From the NCBI RefSeq assembly GCF_006345805.1, contig NC_043011.1, positions 44,342,464 to 44,406,463 of the forward strand: a stretch of 64,000 bases of DNA. The letters run 5' to 3'. The DNA comes from Octopus sinensis. Lineage: Eukaryota. This document shows, in pieces, positions 13,354-26,110 of this stretch (its first letter is position 1; each line of letters opens with the position of its first letter). The position numbers and the translations under genes were made by a program. The notes below the pieces were generated by a model. That model saw only the letters and a program-made list of their open reading frames with translations, did no database searches and was not told the origin of the DNA.

Positions 13354-14748
13354 CATATGCCTACATACATATACAAAAACATACTTATGCACACACATGT
13401 ATGCAAAATACATACGTACGTACACAGAGAAACACAAGTAGTTGCACACTAACTATATCGTCAGATAAACACATCCACTGTGAAAATGGTCATGTGCATG
13501 GTCGAACTATTAATGTCTTTTTTCTATTACAAAATTCTCATACATCTCTCCTAGATTAAACAATGCGTTGTCTGAAGAAAACATAACTTTTAATACTAAA
13601 CAGATTAAAAGCCTATCCGATGGACCTTGTTCAACTAATCTCAAACAACAAGATTACTTTTGGGAAGAGGTAAAAATCAAAGTTATCTCTATATGCAGTA
13701 GTTGATCGTGCTTTTAAGTAATGTATTTTGAAGATTTGTTATAATCCTCGATGCACACACACACATACACACACATACACTCACATACGCACACTAAATG
13801 CATATCTTTTTTACGTATCTCTATCTAAGAAAAAAACAATAATTTGAAAGCAAAAGAAATGCTTTTCAAAGATGCATATATATATATGTATGTATATTGT
13901 ATAAAAAATCGTGGGTAAGGCCAAAACAATGCAAAGTAAATGTCATGACCTCGAAATATTGAATACAAGGTAAGTCTACATTAATTCACATATTTGTTTT
14001 CATGTGATTTATTTTGCATTTACTTCGCATTGTTTTGGCCTTTCTACACAATGTTTCACAGTAATTATACTATATATGCATATATATGTGTGTGTGTGTG
14101 TGTGTGTGTATTTGTACACACATACACACATACACACACACACTATATATATATATATAATATATATATATATACATGTAAATATCGGAAAAATATACAT
14201 CTATATGTATGGACACATAGATTTATATGTATGCGTATACATGTTTTAAATAGTCAAATATGTGAGAAAATTAAATATAAACACATTTATTGGTGTAATA
14301 AAATAAAAGAAGCTGAAAACCAGCATTAATACAGAAAATCCACTCCATTAGAAGCTAAGCGTTTTATAAAAGAAAGAACGTGAGAAAGCGAAACAAAATT
14401 CAATATGGCGGAAAAGTTATGAATGATGTAATAATGGCGGACACATGGGTGAAGTATGTGAGTCATTAGTTATTATTATTATTATTATTAGTTGTTGTTG
14501 TTAAGATTGTTTGTTGTGTTGACTATTAGCAAATGTTTCATTCTGTTCTGATACAGCATGCTATGTATATAGCATGTCTAGCGTGTTTCATGTATATGTG
14601 TGTATGTGTGTGTGTATGTATGCATGTGCGTGTTGTTTGTGTGTATGTGTTTACGCATGTATTTATTTGCGGATTTATACATTCATATATACAAACATGT
14701 TCACACATATACATATATGCATATATGTACGCATATATAAATACATAC

Positions 14749-14834
<86 letters not shown>

Positions 14835-15225
14835 TATATATTTATATACATGCATATATGTATATATACGTATATTTTTTTACATGTATATATGTATGTA
14901 TAGGCACGTACATATACACACACGATTACCAGCTAAGTGCTTAGACTACACAGGTGGTGTGTATTTTTTCAAAACTATTCTATCTAAAATAAGGAAAAAC
15001 ATTACTATAAGCTTTCAGAGCTATTGAGTGAGTGTTTGAGCAAATAGGGGTGGGAGTCAGTGAGTATAGGGGGAGTAAGTGAGTGAGTTAGCATCACAAA
15101 TATGACAATACACTCGTTAAAGAGAAAACATACCAAGTACTGCAGTAACACAAAACAAAAAACGTACCAATGACTGAAAAATATAGGAAACATTCAAACG
15201 AACTAAAACGGCGTAACGCAAGCTT

Positions 15226-15226
15226 A

Positions 15227-15296
<70 letters not shown>

Positions 15297-15353
15297 GTAG
15301 TAGTAGTAGTAGTAGCAGTAGTAGTATTAGTATTAGTAGTAGTAGTTGTAGTT

Positions 15354-15384
<31 letters not shown>

Positions 15385-15385
15385 A
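15226..15385. repeat. (AAT)n/(AGT)n microsatellite
   Basis: Directly visible. Confidence 0.95.
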
Positions 15386-15894
15386 ATATTTCATGATTAT
15401 TATAACTAAATGCAATAGAATACTTCCAGTAAAATTGTAAGAACTAACAACGCGACGCTATTTGTACTTAGGGCATACAAAGATGTATTCGCTGTACAGA
15501 GAGAACAGACAACAAAAATAACACTTTGTGTCATTTTAGACATGTTTCCTTCAAAGAACGAATGACTTCCCACACGCACGATCCTTTTAGGGTCTCTTTT
15601 AGGGAATAAAAAGCAAGTTATTTTCAGATCTGAGATCTAATCCGAGTATTTCCAATTTTGACTCCTCTCACTGAAGGTATATTAAGGCTACTTTTTGTTG
15701 TTAAACAGAAGATAAGTTAAGTTGACCAAATAGGAACGATCACTGAAGCAAATCTCCACACAGACTGGTTTCTGTCTTTCGAATTTTCCTCACACGATTT
15801 TGGTCAACTCACAGCGGTTATGAGTAAAGAAACTTACTCAAGGTGGCATAGAAAAACCGAAACAAGTGATCTTGTCTACTGAAACAATAACAAT

Positions 15895-16497
15895 TGCTTC
15901 TATTGTAGGTACAAATATAAAAACGAGTGACGGGAAGGGTTTTAGCCAATAGCACTGAGTCCAGTACTCGGCTGGTATTTTATTTTATCGATCAAGGAGG
16001 GGCGACAGGCAAAGTTAACCTTGGCGGAATTTGAACTCGGACAAATTTTGACACAAGGCAAGCAATTTTAAGGAGAGAAGGTTAGTCGATTACATCGATC
16101 CCAGTACTTGACTGATATTCTATTTTATCGATTCGATTCCAAACGGATGAATGGCAAAATTAACTCGGTGGCATTTGAACTCAAAACGTAAAACTGGAAG
16201 AAATGCCGCGAAGCATTTCGTCCTGTGTGCTAACGTATCTGCCAGTTCGCCGCCTTGTATTGAAACAGTAATAAAGGTTTCAAATTTTGGTATGCGGCAA
16301 CCAGTTTTTGATGGGAGGGGGGTGGAGTCGATTACATCGACACAGAGTATTTAACTGATGCTTATTTTATTGACTGCGAAAGGATGAAGGGCAAAGTCGA
16401 CGTCGGCGGAATTTCAGATGGCACAGATGGTAGAGACGGACGAAATGCCGCTAAACATTTTAGTCCAGCGAGCTGACAAATCTACAAGCTCGCCGCA
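15895..16497 (-). mobile_element. three head-to-tail diverged SINE family A copies
   Basis: Family A core at about 15990, 16140 and 16375. Confidence 0.8.
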
Positions 16498-16510
16498 TTA
16501 TCTTGAAATC

Positions 16511-16569
<59 letters not shown>

Positions 16570-17721
16570 TATAATAATACATAAGAAGCAAACACATGTA
16601 AGGTGCCATGCAGCATTACTGAAAGAAAGGAGGAGGGGTGCTATGAGAAAATCATACATTGAAGAATTTCAAATCATACACTACGAAACAATAAACAAAC
16701 ATATATATATATATATATATATATATGATATATATATATATAATATATATATATATATGGAGGGCGGGTTTAATCTTTACTTCTAAAGTTTACAAATAAT
16801 TACTGAATATGGAAAACGATGTGCAAAATCTTCTAAAGAAAGTGAAATACATTGCAAAATATAATATTTAAATAATATATATTTTTTTTAAATGATTCAT
16901 TCAATACAATGGGTTGACAAAAGAAAAAAAATTGCAGTTTAAAAGAAGAGAAATACAGGGAGGAAAGACAGAAAAGAAAATGGATAAAGAAAGAATAATT
17001 TTCATTTAGAAAACCAAAGAATGTGAAGAAATTTTAAATTGGAAAAATTTCATAAATATTTACAGTTTTGGCTCACTCAGTTGTATTGGAGATGTATGTG
17101 TGTATGTATGTATGTATGTATGTATGTATGTATGTATGTATGTATGTATGTATGTATGTATGTATGCATGCATGTATGAATGTATGAATGTATGTATGTA
17201 TGTATGTATGTATGCATTTGTATGTATTTGTATGTCTGTCGTGGTGTTTAATGCTTGAGCAGGATATATAAATGAATGCAAATGGCATTTTTAAAACCCG
17301 ATTTTAATATAAGTTGTTCATATTTTTTGAGGGACAACTAGGGAGAGAGAAAGACAACATAGTGCTCTACATATAAACCCTACACCAATTACATGTGTGC
17401 CGACTTTTAAAATTGCAAGCTTTGGCTCCGAGTAGCAAGATCACCCTGAGATGTCAGCATGTACGTATGTATTTATATATGTATGTGAGCATTTACGTTT
17501 TATACATATGCATGTACATATATACACACATACACATATGCATGTATATATATATATATGTGTGTGTGTATATACATACATACATATATATGCATACATA
17601 TATATACATCTGCATATAAATGCGCATATATATCTATATCTATCTGTCTATCTATCTCTATATAATATATATATATATATATACATACATACATACATAC
17701 ATACATACATACTTCATACAT

Positions 17722-17761
<40 letters not shown>

Positions 17762-18410
17762 TACATGCCAGCCCACTGCATGTTGACACAAACTGGCAGT
17801 CGATTAAATCAGCTCCAGAAGACAGAGTTTTCAGCTCGGCATATGAGCCGGACAAATGTTGATCTAACGATTCTGTCAACCCAGTGTCTAATAAATCACA
17901 CGTGTATATATATACATGCATACATACATACATACATACTTATACATACATACATACATACATACATACATACATACATACATACATACATACATACATA
18001 CGTACATACATATATACTATGTGTTTAGCAAAACTATTTCTCGGCTCGGTTAAGTTGACATTACAACAGAATCTTCGCAAATACTGTTTGACTGCAATTT
18101 TAGAGGCAGAGAATTATAATTAATGAGAAAATAATATAGTATTTATTCTGCGTTGGTATATTTTACTTCCATCTTGCTAAATATTTCAAGCTGACAAATT
18201 CTAGAGGCCATCTGTCAGAGACGAAACGAAAGCATATCGCAAAGCTTTTAAACTTAATATTACTATTACTCACATACACACACGCATACATATATTTATC
18301 ATACATATAAGGGGGATTATATATATATATATTAATATATATAATTATATATATATATATATATCGTTAGCTCTTACATTTTTTTTTCTCCTCGTTTTTT
18401 TTTCTGTGTA

Positions 18411-18448
18411 TCTTTCTGTCGAAGAGCGTAGGCTCGAAACGTAAAAGA
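18411..18448 (+). ncRNA. minimal type-I hammerhead motif, A6U core variant, in a Penelope-like 3' fragment (about 18365-18572)
   Basis: TCTTT-CTGTCGA-A-GAGC-GTAG-GCTC-GAAA-CG-TA-AAAGA. Same architecture as 12469-12514; embedded between (TA)n tracts. Confidence 0.65.
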
Positions 18449-18570
18449 CTTGTTTTATTTCTATTCCGAGCGCCATACTATACAATTGTTTGTTGTACCC
18501 ACCTTCCTTCGTCTTTTGTTTATTTTCGTAAACCTGCCTTCGATTTTGTTTATTTTCGTAAACCTTCCCG

Positions 18571-18604
<34 letters not shown>

Positions 18605-18991
18605 CATATATCAGGAACAAGTTAAAAACAATGGCCATTACGTATTTTTCCTTTATTGGTGCAAATTTGGCTTACAGTTGTTTCTAATAGTCCTTATAGA
18701 TACATTATTCGTGTGCCAACGGAGAGCTTATCAAATATTTTTCCCTGATTAATAATTCCTCTTCATTCGCTCTCTCCCTGTCTCTGTCTCTGTCTCTCAA
18801 TATATATATATATATATGTAAGTGATTGACAGTTGATGAAATTGCAACGACTAGGATGCATAACTGCACACAGTGTAATGTGCAATTGCTGCAGTAGAAA
18901 CACATACTAGTTATTGTTATATATGGTGTGGAAAACATTTTAATAAAAAGCTTTTGGATAGAAATAAATCTCCATTCTCCTCTTGATTTTC

Positions 18992-19029
<38 letters not shown>

Positions 19030-19379
19030 GTGTACGCTTATAACGAAAATGTAGTTTATGGGTTATTATCATTATAGAAAATATGTCTAGGCATCTTCAT
19101 ATTTATAGTTCTCTCTCTCCCTCTGTTGTCACCTCTTATTCAATGCACTCCGCTATTGCTAGAATGTACGAATATATATAATATACTCGTAACATTATGC
19201 ATTCTTCGTTATTTACTACGTTTTTAATGGTGACTTTTATTTATAGTATATTTTATGTTTATCTTTTATTTAAATTTATAAATTGCTTATAATTATTGTT
19301 TATATCCTTATTAAAGTATATTGGTTTTCTCCACGATGAAATAAGGAAGTCTTGTGGGTTTTATCACCAGCTTTTATAT

Positions 19380-19550
19380 TGGTTTAAAATTTTGGCACAA
19401 AGCAATTAAGTTCGGGGCAGGTGATAACATCCAGCTGAAAAGGATGAAAGGCAAAGTCGACCTCGGTGGAATTTGAGCTCAGAACGTAAAGACGGACGAA
19501 ATATCGCCTAGCATTTAGCCCGGTGTGCTAACGATTCTGTCATCTCGACA
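19380..19550 (-). mobile_element. SINE family A copy (internal deletion)
   Basis: AAAGGATGAAAGGCAAAGTCGACCTCGGTGGAATTTGAGCTCAGAACG core. Confidence 0.8.
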
Positions 19551-19659
19551 CCCATCATTAACATTAATCGTGTCATTATCATTCCAAAGCGATTGCATGC
19601 TGATGTAATTAATTAGCAGGGATGTTATTTTGGGGTCTGATTACAAGTCAGTGTAGTCT

Positions 19660-19860
19660 CTTCAAGCCTCAAGAATCTTTCTCAGGATTCTTACAGAATA
19701 CAGGATTGTACTTTTCTTCTTTCTCAATTCCAATATCCTTCAGTCAGTCTCTCAGGTAGCAGTGTGGGTGTCGAGCCAAGTTGCACTAATTACCACTGAA
19801 ATAATTATCGACATTCTTCCACAATCTCTTCCTCTCTCTGACTAGATCCTGAGATCCTGA
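19660..19860 (-). mobile_element. 3' fragment of an R4/Dong-like (RLE) non-LTR retrotransposon, decayed
   Basis: Frameshifted translation QDLVRERKRLWKN...IISVVISA/LGSTP...LKDIGIE...STILYSVRILRKILEA*. This matches the R4-clade C-terminal pattern YQDLARELKRLW..VIPIVIGALG...ARILRKVLE. Confidence 0.65.
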
Positions 19861-19878
19861 TGGTTCTTAATTTCTTCC

Positions 19879-20075
19879 TATCGTTGGCGCACCGGGTTAA
19901 ATGCTCGGTGGCATTTCACCCGTCTTTACGTTCTGAGTTCAAATTCCACCGAAATCGACTTTGCCTTTCATCTTTTCGGGGTCGATAAAAATAAGTACCA
20001 GTTGAGTACTGGGGTCGATGTGATCGACTTAACCCCCATCCTGAAACAGTTGACTTTGAGCCAAAATTTGAAACC
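19879..20075 (+). mobile_element. SINE family A copy (the only one in + orientation)
   Basis: CGTTCTGAGTTCAAATTCCACCGAAATCGACTTTGCCTTTCATCTTTTCGGGGTCGATAAAAATAAGTACCAG with (ATT)n tail. Confidence 0.85.
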
Positions 20076-20659
20076 ATTATTATTACTATTGTTGTTGTTG
20101 TTGTTTTGTTTTGTTATTGGTATTTTGTTATTGTTGTTGTTGGTTTCATTGTTATTTTTGTTGGCATACCTTCTGCCAGTTTGCTTAATTAAACACCTGC
20201 ACAATGATATCGTTAATTATTTATAGTCCTCATACAAAATATTATGAAATCTGCAGAAATCTTGAAAAATCTTGAAAATAGAAATAAACTAAGAAAAAAA
20301 ATTGAAGAATATTAAAAAATTAAAAAAAGATGAAAAATACCCAATAAAAATTAACTGTACTTCCAGTGGTCAAGATGTCCAAATGTCCCTTGGATCAAAC
20401 TGACCCCTGGTCAGCCATTCATATATATTAAAAGTAATAATTTTTTAAAATTAGTAATTCTTAGTAATTCTTGTTTGTCATCTTTTAATGACGCTCTTTT
20501 GACCTGTGACCTGTGACCTGATGTTTGACCTTTACCTACCGTTATCTCCAGGGAGTGAACCTTCTTTCAAACTTCAAACGTTTCCACAGAAATCTCCTTA
20601 CCAAAGTTAACGTGTTCAGGTTTGAAACATAATCTCGTTTGTCTTCCATGGAAGGGTAT

Positions 20660-20676
20660 CCGCCACCTGGTGGCAG
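20660..20676. promoter_or_regulatory. candidate CTCF-type motif (quasi-palindromic)
   Basis: CCGCCACCTGGTGGCAG; reverse complement TGCCACCAGGTGGCGG matches the CCASYAGRKGGCR consensus. Motif match only. Confidence 0.4.
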
Positions 20677-21225
20677 AAACCACCTGTGTTTGTGTATACG
20701 TGTGCGTGCGCATGTGAGTACGCATGTGTGAGTGTATATATGTATGTATGTGTGTATATGTGTTTTATGGTATTGGTTGTACATATACACGCCCCAAAGA
20801 TATATGTATACAGATCTGCAGATACACATACACACACTGACATAACAATTGTTATGGTGGTACACGTTGGTACCAAAACAAACAACAAAATTAATAGTAA
20901 TAATAGTAATAATAATAATAATAATCATAATCATAATCAGTGCTGTGCAAGAAGGAAGCAGCCAACAAGGCGTGAGTGTGTTTGTGTGTGTTTGTGTGTT
21001 TGTGTGTGTAACTGTGCGTCAGCGTGTATATAGGTATACGTGTTTGTGTGTGTGTGTGTGTGTTGTGCGTGTGTGTAGTGTATGTGTGTAACAGTATGAT
21101 AGATGTTTCCCACCCCATCCCGCCTCTCTCAGAAAAATGCAACATCTTTAAATGTATTTCCTTCATACTCACGTAACTCACACATTCGTTTTGGCTTCAT
21201 TTTCGGTATTGTTGTTGTTACATTG

Positions 21226-21917
21226 AAAGAGGGAGAGAAAGATAAAGAAGCAGACAGAAGAAGAAGAAGCTGAAGAGAGAGATGGAGAGAGAAAGAAAGG
21301 TAGACAGACAGACAGAAGACAGAGGCAGACTGACTAACAGAGAGAAAGAGAGAGCGAGAGAGATTGGCAGACAGGTAAAGGGTCATTGGTAAAAAAGAGA
21401 GGAAGAAATACGGACAATAACAGAAAGAGAGAGAGAGAGAGGTAAAGACAAAGGGAGAAAGATAGAGTGAGACAAAGGCACAAAGAGAGAGAGAGAGAGA
21501 GAGAGAGAGGAGGGAGTATGTGTAAACCAGAGGGAGAGAGAAACAAAAAGAGGCAAGCAAAGAGAGGGAGAAAGGAACAGAGGCAGTGAAAGAGAGAGAG
21601 AGAGAGAGAGAGAGAGATAAAGAGAAGCAGGTAGACAGAGACAGACAGAGGGACAAAGGAACAAACAGAATCTGAGAGAGACGGAGAGAGAAAGATATAA
21701 AGAGAAACAAAAGGGCAGAAGAATGAGAGTGAGAGAGAGGGAGAGAGAGAGAGAGAGAGAGAGAGAAGATACAGAGTGAGACAGAGAGTGAGCGACAGAA
21801 GTGAGAGAACGATTTAGAGAGAATGAGACAAAACGAGAGAAAGGCAGAATGACAGTGAAAGAACGACAGATAGAAAGACAAAGAGAGAAAGAACGACAGA
21901 GACAAAGAGAAAGAGAA

Positions 21918-21960
<43 letters not shown>
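21226..21960. repeat. about 730-bp GA-rich polypurine low-complexity tract
   Basis: (GA)n with GAAA/GACA interruptions. Confidence 0.95.
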
Positions 21961-21964
<4 letters not shown>

Positions 21965-22218
21965 GTGTATGTGAAAAAGTGTGGCTCTTCTAAGACCCAC
22001 CAAGCAAATTTCTGGATAACGTAACGATCTCATGCAATAAAACTAGGTACAACATGCTTCAGTAAGGAACCAGGGTGCACAGAATGCATATTTTAATAAA
22101 TTCTACGTACATGCCTGTGTATATACACACATACATATACATATACATACATATATATATATATTATATATATATATATATATTATATATATATATATAA
22201 TATTATATACTTATATAT

Positions 22219-22260
<42 letters not shown>

Positions 22261-22524
22261 ATATATATATTATATACATATGTATGTGTATGTATATTAT
22301 GTTTGTATGTTCGTATCATAAAGCACTATATTATTTGAAAAAAGTACAATTTGTAAGTAAATATGATGCAGCAACGCATGTATGCATGTATGTATGTATG
22401 TTATGTATGTACGTATGTATGTATGTATGTGTGTATGTATGTATGTATGTACATTCGGGCTAAAAAGAAAAGGATTGAGAAAACTTTGTTTGCACTACGC
22501 TTGCGCAAGCCATACCATAGTTGA

Positions 22525-22608
<84 letters not shown>

Positions 22609-25600
22609 TATATATATAATTTATATATATACGTCTATGTATATATATGTATATACACGCGCAGGCGCGCAGACATATGGAAGTGTGACACGAATACCAC
22701 AAAGCCATATTTAATTAATATCTCTATCGTTTCTTCTCCAAACTTCAAAGCAAGGATCTCTCCATGTTTCAAATATCACCCAATAAGATACTTGCTTCCA
22801 GTTTTTTTCATCTGAAGTTATTTTTGAATGTGAACAGACCAATATCAGCATGGGATATCGTTTGTTACACGAAAAATCTCCAGAGATAATAGGATAAAGA
22901 TGTTTAAATGTGCAAAATATTATCATGATTTTCAGCTTCTTTGATTCTGTTCTTTCATTTAGTACAGCCTTATACAAGTCAAACATTTTGGTCCGCTTTA
23001 CAGAAGACCATGATATTTTATATGTACATAAGATAATTTCCACAATCAACGCCAGTTACTCATAAATACTCATTAATCCTTAAATATAAGTAAATATTCC
23101 AGGAATAAAATACAGATTTTTCTTGATAGTGATATAGTAATACGTAAATCTCGTTTGCCAACTTAAAAATTTCATTTGACAAATGAGTTAAATGGATCTT
23201 TGCCTGGTGTTAAAATTGGAATATTGTGAAGATGAATAGTGAAATTATATTCAGAAAATATATTTTAAAGATTAAAGGAGAAACAGAGTTATCTGAACAG
23301 GAAAAAAAAAATTAGTGTGAAGCCAAATCATTTTTAGAAAAATGACAGCTTCTTTGAAAATTTAAAAATTTATATATCGTAGGCAAAGAGTAATTCAACC
23401 ATGCGCAGAGAAAGGATTATCAAAAAGAGAAATATCACTTCAAAGTGATATATATATATATACACACATATATACATATATATACATATATATATATACA
23501 TATGTGTATATGTACATACATGTGTATATAGGTGTACATGTGTATTTAAACTATATATAACTGATATATGTATGAATATATATATGTATAATGTATGTAT
23601 ATGAATATGCAAATACAGTTAACCATTCTACACACTTCATACAGTTAACAAATACGCATTCAATATAATAAACACTTATACTTATATATATATATATGTA
23701 TAAAATATAAATTTGAGATAAAACCACTATTATGCAACTCAAACAGTGAGACATAAACCAAAACATAAATAACAAATACTATATAGTTTCATAAAACATA
23801 TAACTAGATCTCAATATATAATAAGTAAAAAAAACTACGTACGTTTCATGGCTACAATTAAAATGGAATTACAATTAAGTTTAAATTCAATTGAAATAAA
23901 TTCGATTTAAAATTATAGTAAACATTCCTACCTACCTACATACATCATACGTATAACACGCATCCACACCTATAGACTCATGGCCAAATGTATACAGTAT
24001 TAAAAGCTGAAAACTCTGAAAGTATTTAAATATTCATATACATCAATATCTGTAAGCTTACATGTCAATATACACCCATAATACATTCAACAAACATACA
24101 AATGCACACAAACTTTGGCACATGCGCCTATGTATATATATATATTATATATATATTATATATATATACTATAAATATCATATATAATAATATGACATAT
24201 ATATATAATATATATACTATATATATATATTTATACGATATATATATATTATATTATTATATATATATATATATATATTATATGTATTATATATATATGT
24301 AAATATATATATATATATATAATATATATATTATGTGTGTGTGTGTATGTGAACATACATACGTATGTAAGTATATATATATGTGCACATATATACAAGC
24401 ACACACACACATATACATTTACACACAATATGCACACATTCTCACACACTGATACACATACTATTTACAAATATACGTGCACACATATACACATATCAAT
24501 ACACCTACAGGCATAGGCATATATGTGCACTGTTGCATCAAACTGACACGAAAAGTAGCACTCTGTTAGCATTGACTAGACGTAACTTTAAACTGCATAT
24601 GTATGTACGTCAAGTAGTACAATTTGCAGCACATGAGACACTAGAGGTGCCCTTAAGAGTGAAATATGTATTGGCTGGAATAGTTTTATGACTACGTAAG
24701 ACATCTAACAGTACATCGTACACTAATGTAATTAATTCTTCTTCCTGTATATATACAATGTCTGTATATTCAGCTGTGGTTATGAATTCATACACCTGTA
24801 TTCTTGAAATTCTGTTAGTAAAGTTTGAAAGTGTATTCACATGCCACGCTCATTCTTAGACGGGAACACACAACATTCACACACACACATATATATAGGA
24901 ATACCTACATATACGCAAACGTACGCACGCACACACAGACTCTTTTCATGCCCGGCCTTCTTCTTTTCATATATCTTCCCCTCATTTCTCTTTAACACAT
25001 TCATATATTTAAAGACGAACACACATACACATGCAGCTATGCAGGTAATTAAATCTAAGTGTTTACAAAAATATAGAACGCATCGTAACACACAGACACT
25101 CATACAGATGTGCGCACGCACACACACACACAAATACACACTGTACTAAAACAAACAATAAAGCTACAGACACACACAGGCATACAAAACAGACACTTAT
25201 ACACAAAATACATAAGAAGTATATCATGTACACATCATCTCCACTCACAAATACACACACATGGCAGGTACTTACAAACAGGCACACAGTGCCACACACA
25301 GATACATTCATACATACACACACATATAAATATAGCTCCCTTTGTAGTTTGTCAAGGTTTAAGCGTTCAAATCTCTTTGAAGAACCGAGTTCCATTCTTC
25401 CTTTCCTGGGAAGACATCAGGTGTTGGTCTCTGTGGGCAGCAGGGGGTAAAATACTGAATAATGAACGGAAAATGAAATTAAAGACGTTTGCTTCAAGAG
25501 TAACAATAGAAGCATAACGATGATAAGGTGGACCCTAGAGGATGACAGTGTATTAATAAGGGGAGCAGATGAGAATAGGGTTATACACTGGAGAATAACA

Positions 25601-25694
25601 GGTATTTATAGAAAGATAACATGGTCAATAGAGGGTAATGGAATGTTATCTGGAAGCGTAGGATAAGCAGTGATATGTTTTTAATCGAGCTTAC

Positions 25695-26110
25695 TTTTAG
25701 CTTTAGGCCCCCCTGTGCTTTTCAGTGTGTTGGGCATCAAGGCTCTTCCATCGGGTCTGGTCGGCTGCTTCTCTTGCACATTTATTCCACGTAATGTTGT
25801 CTGCCATCAGATCATCTTGAAATGTCTGCTGCCAAGAGATCTTCGCTCTACCCTCTTTACGCTTACTGTCAGGTGGTTTTTAAGCGCCGTTCATCAACTA
25901 AATGAAGAATGTGACCAGCAAGGTGGAATCGGCTCTCTGCCCAAAACTTTTGCAGTGGTCATGGCCTCACTCTTCTTAGAACCCCCTCACTTGCGACACA
26001 GTCCCACAGATTGATCCTCAGGATCTTTCTGAGGCACTTTTGATGGAATACATTTACTTTTCAATCCGTCTTTACTGTCCTCTTTGATGTTTCGATTGCA
26101 TGAAGTGTTG
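25695..26110 (-). mobile_element. RTE-clade LINE 3' end, decayed
   Basis: Minus translation KVNVFHQKCLRKILRINLWDCVASEGVLRR...FHLAGHILH...KRKEGRAKISWQQTFQDDLMADNITWNKCAREAADQTRWKSLDAQH, a typical RTE C-terminus. Confidence 0.85.

Noticed and set aside
14434-14463. ATG GCG ... MADTWVKY|gtgagt as first exon of a nested + strand gene
   Set aside because: Too short, with no downstream exons or recognisable homology.
18655-18700. Minus-strand GAAACAACTGTA as the 3' half of a hammerhead
   Set aside because: No CUGANGA core or stem II upstream.
20540-20683. Minus-strand exon candidate WFLPPGGGYPSMEDKRDYVSNLNTLTL
   Set aside because: Poor pyrimidine tract and no Cys-loop similarity; the CTCF-like motif better explains the GC-rich part.
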